From Candidatus Woesearchaeota archaeon (GTDB lineage Archaea; Nanobdellota; Nanobdellia; UBA10117), in assembly GCA_964619325.1 (NCBI GenBank), contig CAZUEL010000005.1:8238-19759 (forward strand): a stretch of 11,522 nucleotides of DNA, in the 5' to 3' direction. The notes under the pieces are model-generated. The model was not told the DNA's origin and ran no database searches. It saw only the letters and a program-made list of their open reading frames with translations. Shown piece after piece: positions 6,768 through 11,522 of the stretch. The position numbers were made by a program, and so were the translations under genes. Each line of letters starts with the position of its first letter. The stretch's first letter is position 1.

Positions 6768-8003
6768 TTATTTAGGCACCAGCGCCACACTCACAAATTT
6801 ATTAAAATATTTTCTTGCGCATTCCTGCATTCTCCCCCGCGTTAGATTTCTAATGGCGTTGTCGTAGTGGTTGAAAGGCAGGCCAGCGAACACCAAGTTG
6901 GCGGCGACGTTTGCCCTGCCGGAGATGCCCTCACGCCTGCGCTCCCTGTTCGCGAGCCAGCTCTTCTTCAGACCCAGAAACTCATCATTTGAAATTTTAT
7001 TTTTCTTTAAGTTTTCAAACTCATTTATAATAAGTTCGCGCACAAAACCAACTTTCTTTGGCTCGAACCCAAAAACTCCGACGTCAAACAGGCCAACGCC
7101 TTTGTAGTTTATATGCTCGCCCCCAGTGGCATAGCCCAGCCCATATTTGTGCCGGATGTTTTTGAACAAGCGCGAGCTGAACACAAAATCACCCGATGAG
7201 CCGCCGGCCAGCAGGTATTTCAGCGCGTCCAAAGGCACTTCATCCGCGTGTCCAACTGAGACAGAGGGCAGGCCAACTGCAATGAATGCGGTTGTAACCT
7301 CAGAAGAAGTCACGGTTTCAAATTTTTCCTTTGGTTTTACTAGCTTTAGAACTAGCTCCTTGAAATTTTTCTGCTCTAGCGCACCAAAAGTATTTTTTAC
7401 TCTGTCAGATAATTTTTTCTCGTTAAAATTTCCAGCAACTGAAATTACCAGTTTGTCCGGCAAGTAGAATTGTTTTTTCTCGGCAACAACATCAGCAATC
7501 TTTAGCCGGTCTATGTCTGACACGATGCCGCCGACTGGCAATGCGAGTGGGTGCTCGCCAAAGAGAAGCTCGACGAATCTCTTGGACAGCTTGTAGGTTG
7601 GGTTTGAATCACGCAGCGAGAGCTCACTTTTTATCACGGAGCGCTCGGTTTCAAACTCATTTTTGTCGAAAGTAAAATTTGTGAATGCGTTGTATATTAC
7701 GTCGAGAATTTCTAGGTCTGCCGCGCGGGCTTCGATGCTCGTCCTGTCAAATGTCGTCGCAGCATTCAGCAGTCCACCCTCGCGTTCAACATCCCACATT
7801 ATCTCTGTCGCCCTCTTTTTCGGCGTGGATTTGAAAACCATGTGCTCATTGAAGTGCGCTGCCCCGAGCGTTTTTTTCTCCTCGTAGATTGAGCCGTAAG
7901 GGAAGTCAATCGCAAATGCAATATCATTGATTGCAGAAGTCCTTTGCATGAGCAACTTGATTCCGTTCGGAAAATTCACAATCTTCGGTTTAAAGGCGAC
8001 CAT
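6768..8003 (-). CDS. M16-family (pitrilysin/insulinase-like) zinc metallopeptidase, predicted active
   Basis: 411 aa. Inverted zinc-binding motif HxxEH is present (GAAHFNEHMVFKST), with downstream Glu-rich ERSVIKSELSLR. The two-domain length is typical of M16B. Confidence 0.9.
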   Translation of the reverse strand: MVAFKPKIVNFPNGIKLLMQRTSAINDIAFAIDFPYGSIYEEKKTLGAAHFNEHMVFKSTPKKRATEIMWDVEREGGLLNAATTFDRTSIEARAADLEILDVIYNAFTNFTFDKNEFETERSVIKSELSLRDSNPTYKLSKRFVELLFGEHPLALPVGGIVSDIDRLKIADVVAEKKQFYLPDKLVISVAGNFNEKKLSDRVKNTFGALEQKNFKELVLKLVKPKEKFETVTSSEVTTAFIAVGLPSVSVGHADEVPLDALKYLLAGGSSGDFVFSSRLFKNIRHKYGLGYATGGEHINYKGVGLFDVGVFGFEPKKVGFVRELIINEFENLKKNKISNDEFLGLKKSWLANRERRREGISGRANVAANLVFAGLPFNHYDNAIRNLTRGRMQECARKYFNKFVSVALVPK

Positions 8004-8024
8004 AGGCTATTTGCGGATTGGTTG

Positions 8025-8032
8025 TATTTTAA
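8025..8032 (-). promoter_or_regulatory. TATA-box-like element (TTAAAATA on the minus strand) for the M16 peptidase
   Basis: Lies 22-29 nt upstream of the minus-strand ATG at 8003. Confidence 0.4.
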
Positions 8033-8058
8033 GCTTTCCATTTTTGCTCGCAAAAGGT

Positions 8059-8066
8059 TTTTTAAG
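8059..8066 (+). promoter_or_regulatory. TATA-box-like element (TTTTTAAG) for DUF218-like paralogue B
   Basis: Lies 22-29 nt upstream of the ATG at 8088. This supports the internal start rather than the ORF-track start at 7944. Confidence 0.4.
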
Positions 8067-8087
8067 ATTACTCGTGTGCGTTTTGGC

Positions 8088-8759
8088 ATGAAACCATATT
8101 TTCCAAGTGTGGAGCAGGCGATGCTGTTGCAGGCCCGCGTACTCAGCGATGTGATACCCGGGGCCGTTGGTTTGGCATACATATTTTCCAACACACAAAG
8201 CAATGAATCTTCGATTTTTACTGCCGTCCAGTGCCTCGCTCGGTCTGGCACTGTGCGAAATGTAGGTTATTGCAGCGCGCCTGATGATGGGCACGGCTAT
8301 CCCGGTGGTGCTATGTGGCGCGAGGGTTTGCTTAAGGTAGGCATGAGTAGCTCAGCGCTGGTGCCAATTAAGCCAGTAGGTTCATTCGAGTCTGTCGGCT
8401 CCGGCGGTGCAGTAAATACGTTAACAGAAACAATTGGCTTGGTGAGGCACGCGAAAGCCAGGGGGCTGGAGGAGCTGTGCATAGTCACCGCGCCATTCCA
8501 CCAACTCCGTGCATTCATAACCACAGTCAGTGTGCTGAAGCGTGAGCACCCAACACTCAGGGTTTACAATTCTATTGGCGCACCATTGCGCTGGAATAAG
8601 GTTGTGGTCCACAGCCAAGGCGTGGTGAACGGAACTCGCATGGAATTATTTTTAGGTGAACTGAATAGGATACGAGCATATCACGAAAAAGGCGATCTAG
8701 TGTCGTTTGATGAAGTCACTGGTTATTTAGATTGGCGGGATTCTGCTACTCACGATTGA
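8088..8759 (+). CDS. Divergent DUF218/YdcF-like protein, paralogue B (223 aa; start re-called from 7944 to 8088)
   Basis: AVNTLTETIGLV and LCIVTAPFHQLRAF motifs. It aligns along its length with the ORF at 6000-6764. The track start at 7944 would overlap the first 60 nt of the peptidase gene, and its first 48 aa have no counterpart in paralogue A. Confidence 0.55.
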   Translation: MKPYFPSVEQAMLLQARVLSDVIPGAVGLAYIFSNTQSNESSIFTAVQCLARSGTVRNVGYCSAPDDGHGYPGGAMWREGLLKVGMSSSALVPIKPVGSFESVGSGGAVNTLTETIGLVRHAKARGLEELCIVTAPFHQLRAFITTVSVLKREHPTLRVYNSIGAPLRWNKVVVHSQGVVNGTRMELFLGELNRIRAYHEKGDLVSFDEVTGYLDWRDSATHD

Positions 8760-8770
8760 TAAAGCAGGCA

Positions 8771-8778
8771 TTTAAATT
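8771..8778 (+). promoter_or_regulatory. TATA-box-like element (TTTAAATT) for the VIT1-family gene
   Basis: Lies 20-27 nt upstream of the ATG at 8798. Confidence 0.4.
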
Positions 8779-8797
8779 GCAACATCTTTTTTTAGCT

Positions 8798-9517
8798 ATG
8801 GCTCGCCAGGCAGTTATCCGAAAGAAGCATATTGAGCCGAAAAATAATCACGCAGGCTCGCGGTGGCGGGACTTCATCCTTGGATGGCAGGACGGCCTGG
8901 TAAACGTTCTCGGCGTAGTCCTCGGTGTTGCGGCCGCAACAAAAAGTTTTTCAGTAATTATCATCGCAGCGATTGCTGCCGCTTTTGCAGAGTCGATCTC
9001 GATGGCGGCGGTTGCGTACACGTCATTCAAGGCCGAACATGAATATTATTTATCGCAGATCGCACAGGAGAAGCGCGAGATAAAAGAGATGCCAGCCGCG
9101 GAGCGGCAGGAAATTGTTGGCATTTACAAACGGTTTGGATTTACTGGTGGACTGCTGAGAAAAATTGTGGAGCACATCACATCCAACAAAAAGCGCTGGC
9201 TCACCGTGATGATGGAGCAGGAGCTGAGGATTTATCCCTCGAAGGTCAGCCCGCTCAACACCGCAGTCGTTGTCGGCTTTTCTGCTATAGTCGGCTCGTT
9301 CATTCCGATTGTGCCGTTTTTCTTCATGCCAGTAGATTCTGCAATAAAAGTGACTCTCGTAATTTCAACAATCGTTTTATTTTTCGTTGGCGCTTACAAG
9401 GCAAAGACCACAGTCGGCAACCCCATCAGAAGCGGTGTTGAGATGGCAGTCATCGGTATGCTTGCCGCGCTGGCCGGCTATGCAATCGGCACGCTGCTCG
9501 GGGCGAGGTTTGTCTAA
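8798..9517 (+). CDS. VIT1/CCC1-family iron/manganese transporter (239 aa; start re-called from 8732 to 8798)
   Basis: WRDFILGWQDGLVNVLGVVLGVAAAT is the family's N-terminal signature. There is a central cytoplasmic helical segment (EKREIKEMPAAERQEIVGIYKRFGF...MMEQELRI) and three C-terminal transmembrane helices. The track start at 8732 overlaps the end of the upstream gene. Confidence 0.85.
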   Translation: MARQAVIRKKHIEPKNNHAGSRWRDFILGWQDGLVNVLGVVLGVAAATKSFSVIIIAAIAAAFAESISMAAVAYTSFKAEHEYYLSQIAQEKREIKEMPAAERQEIVGIYKRFGFTGGLLRKIVEHITSNKKRWLTVMMEQELRIYPSKVSPLNTAVVVGFSAIVGSFIPIVPFFFMPVDSAIKVTLVISTIVLFFVGAYKAKTTVGNPIRSGVEMAVIGMLAALAGYAIGTLLGARFV

Positions 9518-10050
9518 TCGCGCAGAATTTTATTTGTAGTGAGGTCTATTACAGTTGATGGTTTGCCATTCAGTGTCCCATCTGATACATATAGTTTTAT
9601 ATATGTCTTGAAAACAGCTTTTAGCTCTGTAATTGTTGCCCCTGTTGGCTGGCCATGAATGTTTGCAGATGTTGCAGTGATTGGTTTACCAAACTTTTTT
9701 ACAATCTCAGTTGCAAGTTTGTCATCTATCATTCTGAAACCAACGGCACCAGCTGATACCGGCAGTTTAATCTTCGGCGGTAAGATAAAAGTAAATGGTC
9801 CCGGCAGCTTAGATTTTAGAATATGCATCTGGCCTTCACTTACTTTTGCATATTTCTGCAGCATCTCAAAATCCGAAACCAGCACGGAGAGCGGCATCCC
9901 CCTCGGTCGCTTTTTCAGCTTGTAAACCCGCTCAACCGCTTCCACATTCGTGGCATCGCAGCCAATTGCGTAGAGCGTGTCAGTTGGGTAGATGATTGGC
10001 CTGCCAGTATTTAGCAGCTCAACCGCACGAGCAATTAATTCGTCGCCCAT
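9514..10050 (-). CDS. tsaC: L-threonylcarbamoyladenylate synthase, YrdC/TsaC type (single-domain Sua5/YrdC family)
   Basis: 178 aa. Motifs: IIYPTDTLYAIGCDA, KLKKRPRGMPLSVLV, LPGPFTFIL, ITATSANIHGQP, KPSTVIDL. Confidence 0.9.
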   Translation of the reverse strand: MGDELIARAVELLNTGRPIIYPTDTLYAIGCDATNVEAVERVYKLKKRPRGMPLSVLVSDFEMLQKYAKVSEGQMHILKSKLPGPFTFILPPKIKLPVSAGAVGFRMIDDKLATEIVKKFGKPITATSANIHGQPTGATITELKAVFKTYIKLYVSDGTLNGKPSTVIDLTTNKILRD

Positions 10051-10071
10051 AAAACAAGTTTAGTAAATAAC

Positions 10072-10079
10072 TTTATAAA
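10072..10079. promoter_or_regulatory. Palindromic TATA-like element (TTTATAAA) positioned for both tsaC (minus) and tRNA-Gly (plus)
   Basis: The element starts 22 nt from the tsaC ATG (10050) and ends 24 nt from the tRNA 5' end (10103). It is the only strong A/T octamer in the 52-bp spacer. Confidence 0.4.
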
Positions 10080-10138
10080 CTAAATTAGGGTTTGAAAATT
10101 ATGCGCCAGTAGTCTAGTGGTCGGACGTAACCTTGCCA

Positions 10139-10236
10139 CAGCAGCCTTTTTCTTTTTGCGGAGAAAAAGGCTCCTGGGAATCCAAAAAGAAACGCAGGCG
10201 ATTTTCAATCGCCTAAAACTTGATTCCCGAGCAGAA
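10139..10236 (+). other. tRNA intron 1 (98 nt) at the canonical 37/38 position, highly structured
   Basis: BHB-like arrangement. U32.G10234, U33-A10233, G34-C10232 and C35-G10231 form a 4-bp helix flanked by 3-nt bulges CAC (10137-10139) and AAA (10235-10237). Internal perfect hairpins: 10143-10153/10162-10172 (11 bp), 10176-10182/10222-10228 (7 bp), 10196-10203/10207-10214 (8 bp). Confidence 0.75.
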
Positions 10237-10258
10237 AGGTTAAGACCCGAGTTCAATC

Positions 10259-10300
10259 GCGCTGAAACCCACGGTTTTGCTAGGTTTCAGGCTTGAAACT
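10259..10300 (+). other. tRNA intron 2 (about 42 nt) at a non-canonical T-loop position (about 59/60; boundary uncertain by 1 nt)
   Basis: The two T-stem strands CCGAG and CTCGG are separated by 49 nt instead of 7. TTCAA (10252-56) can pair with TTGAA (10293-97), leaving an ACT bulge (10298-10300). The intron core helix is CTGAAACC (10262-69) / GGTTTCAG (10283-90). Confidence 0.65.
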
Positions 10301-10325
10301 CTCGGCTGGCGCATATTACAAAAGC

Positions 10326-10334
10326 TTTATATTA
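10326..10334 (+). promoter_or_regulatory. TATA-box-like element (TTTATATTA) for the KaiC-like ATPase gene
   Basis: Lies 21-29 nt upstream of the ATG at 10355, immediately after the tRNA 3' end. Confidence 0.45.
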
Positions 10335-10354
10335 ACTTGGCTCTGGCCTTCAAC

Positions 10355-11119
10355 ATGGCCCAGCGCAAATCTGCAGCAACTTTATCGCCTAGGGAGATTG
10401 CTGAGGCAGGCAGGCTTGCCCGACAGGTTTCGAAAACGCGCAGGTGTGCAACAGGCATCAAGGGCATGGACTCGCTGATGCAAGGAGGCATACCGGAGAA
10501 AAGCCTGGTGTTGCTCTCTGGCAGCGCGGGAACCGGCAAGACAATTCTCGCATTTCAGTGGTTGGTTATGGGTGCGCTCACTGGCGAGCCCGGCGTTTAT
10601 GTCGCGATGGAAGAAGAACCCGAGCAGATAATAAATGAGATGAGCGAGTTTGGCTGGCCGATAAGAAAACTAATACAGGAAAAAAAACTAAAAGTCGTGC
10701 GTCCCGAACTTTACAAATATGACTTGTTCATGACCGCTGTGGAGGATGCAATTGACGAGGTTCACGCCAAGCGTTTGGTTATCGACTCGATCTCGGTCAT
10801 CGGCCTGTACTTTGAGGACCCGTATAAAGTCAGGAAAGCCGTCTTCGATTTGAACCGCACAATAAAGCGGTTGAACGTCACATCCCTGGTAATAACTGAA
10901 ACAAAAGAGGGCACAGAAGATATATCTACATTTGGCGTCGAGGAGTATGTTTCCGATGGTGTGATTGTTTTGTATTATGTTCGCAAGGAAAATATGTTCC
11001 TGCGGGCGGTCACGATACGAAAGATGCGGTATACAAACCACAGCATAAAAATACACCCAATAAAAATAACCGGTACGGGTATAATTGTTTATGGCACAAA
11101 AGAGGCCCACCACAAATAA
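10355..11119 (+). CDS. KaiC-like / RecA-superfamily single-domain ATPase (254 aa; start re-called from 10277 to 10355)
   Basis: TGIKGMDSLMQGGIPEKSLVLLSGSAGTGKTILAFQW carries the KaiC-family N-terminal block with Walker A. Walker B is KRLVIDSIS. Also ITETKEG...EEYVSDGVIVL...R.....RAVTIRKMR. The track start at 10277 lies inside the tRNA gene. Confidence 0.85.
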   Translation: MAQRKSAATLSPREIAEAGRLARQVSKTRRCATGIKGMDSLMQGGIPEKSLVLLSGSAGTGKTILAFQWLVMGALTGEPGVYVAMEEEPEQIINEMSEFGWPIRKLIQEKKLKVVRPELYKYDLFMTAVEDAIDEVHAKRLVIDSISVIGLYFEDPYKVRKAVFDLNRTIKRLNVTSLVITETKEGTEDISTFGVEEYVSDGVIVLYYVRKENMFLRAVTIRKMRYTNHSIKIHPIKITGTGIIVYGTKEAHHK

Positions 11120-11123
11120 TTGT

Positions 11124-11372
11124 TTATTTTTTAATATGTTTGCATAGGATGTCGTGCACGCGCCCGCCAGTGCATCGCAGGCAGTTCAGACAGTCATTAT
11201 GTCTTTTGCGGTCGACGTGCTTAACTTTGCGCGTTTTGTGTACAATGTCACAAACGTACTCGCCTGCCCGCCACACACATAAGCCCATGCCTGTGGGCAC
11301 TTTTTTCAATTTGGCCACAGTTATTTTATTGCCAGCGTGTTTGACTAGTTTCAATTTTGTTTTCTTTATCAT
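11124..11372 (-). CDS. Hypothetical small basic Cys-rich protein (82 aa), possible metal-binding
   Basis: ATG ORF starting 8 nt after the stop of the upstream minus-strand gene. C-terminal CX2CX2CX9C (CLNCLRCTGGRVHDILC) plus several His. I recognise no family. Confidence 0.4.
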   Translation of the reverse strand: MIKKTKLKLVKHAGNKITVAKLKKVPTGMGLCVWRAGEYVCDIVHKTRKVKHVDRKRHNDCLNCLRCTGGRVHDILCKHIKK

Positions 11373-11380
11373 TGCAACCC

Positions 11381-11522
11381 CTATTTTGGATTTACGGCAG
11401 CTTCGTTGTTGCCCTCGTTTGATTCCTGTATCTTGTCATCTGGATCCACCACGACTCTGAGTGGAACAAGCTGTGCATCCGCAACGTTCTCGAATTTCAC
11501 GATCTCGCTGTTGCCAGAGTCT
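11381..11522 (-). CDS. C-terminal 46 aa of a protein ending in a CARDB-like domain; the N-terminus lies beyond the right edge of the window
   Basis: Manual minus-strand translation: DSGNSEIVKFENVADAQLVPLRVVVDPDDKIQESNEGNNEAAVNPK-stop (TAG at complement of 11381-11383). The VDPDDxIxESNExNN ending is the characteristic C-terminal strand of CARDB-type surface domains. Confidence 0.4.
   Translation of the reverse strand, partial: DSGNSEIVKFENVADAQLVPLRVVVDPDDKIQESNEGNNEAAVNPK

Larger units (their letters stand above)
10103..10313 (+). tRNA. tRNA-Gly (anticodon GCC) with two introns; mature length 71 nt, CCA not encoded
   Basis: Manual cloverleaf. Acceptor GCGCCAG/CTGGCGC, 7 of 7 Watson-Crick pairs. 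D-arm GTCT-AGTGGTC-GGAC. Anticodon stem TAACC (10128-32) / GGTTA (10238-42), with loop TTGCCA+A. Variable loop is 4 nt. T-stem CCGAG (10247-51) / CTCGG (10301-05), T-loop TTCAAT(C/T). Discriminator A. G1-C72, C2-G71, G3-C70 and A73 fit archaeal Gly identity. Confidence 0.85.

Noticed and set aside
7944-8087. N-terminal 48-aa extension of DUF218-like paralogue B given by the ORF track
   Set aside because: It overlaps the 5' end of the M16 gene and both promoters, and it has no counterpart in paralogue A. The ATG at 8088 has a correctly spaced TATA-like box.
8732-8797. N-terminal 22-aa extension of the VIT1-family ORF
   Set aside because: It overlaps the last 28 nt of the upstream gene and contains the TATA-like box. 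The VIT1 homology begins just after the ATG at 8798.
10133-10237. Alternative reading of the tRNA as tRNA-Cys(GCA), by shifting the intron boundary to give the loop TTGCAAA
   Set aside because: Discriminator A73 and the G1-C72/C2-G71/G3-C70 acceptor stem fit Gly. The BHB-like helix and bulges place the cuts at 37/38, giving the loop UUGCCAA.
10139-10300. Intron-encoded homing endonuclease or C/D sRNA in the tRNA introns
   Set aside because: The introns are only 98 and about 42 nt, have no ORF, and contain no C or D box sequences.
10277-10354. N-terminal 26-aa extension of the KaiC-like ORF, plus the overlapping ORFs 10293-10478 and 10327-10539
   Set aside because: The extension starts inside tRNA intron 2 and the 3' exon. 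The ATG at 10355 follows a TATA-like box at the standard distance. The other ORFs are out-of-frame shadows of the KaiC-like gene.
1-11522. CRISPR arrays, IS elements or transposases, integrases, rRNA, prophage genes
   Set aside because: I found no spaced direct repeats, terminal inverted repeats or recognisable recombinase motifs on either strand.

Overview
The window reads as a compact archaeal chromosomal segment. Evidence: A/T-rich TATA boxes about 22-30 nt upstream of most start codons, a tRNA with two introns, a KaiC-like ATPase, a NurA-like nuclease and an archaeal-type MetRS. The lineage is probably a small-genome, DPANN-like archaeon, but that is inference only. Gene order, left to right: (1) a NurA-like nuclease, partial, minus strand, absent from the ORF track; (2) an ABC1/UbiB-family kinase; (3) two small orphan proteins; (4) methionyl-tRNA synthetase with a C-terminal tRNA-binding domain; (5) an orphan 161-aa protein with an internal GWH...PDG repeat; (6) a divergent DUF218/YdcF-like protein; (7) an M16 zinc peptidase; (8) a second DUF218-like paralogue; (9) a VIT1/CCC1 Fe/Mn transporter; (10) TsaC/YrdC; (11) tRNA-Gly(GCC) interrupted by a 98-nt anticodon-loop intron and a roughly 42-nt T-loop intron; (12) a KaiC-like ATPase; (13) a small Cys-rich protein; (14) the C-terminus of a CARDB-like surface protein. 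Three ORF-track starts (7944, 8732, 10277) look like spurious N-terminal extensions, and I re-called them. No CRISPR array, transposase or rRNA is visible. The best candidate for something undescribed is the 5424-8759 block. There, two divergent DUF218-like paralogues are each transcribed back-to-back with a partner gene (the repeat-containing orphan, and the M16 peptidase), and their composition differs from the housekeeping neighbours. All family assignments come from motifs recognised by eye, with no database search.
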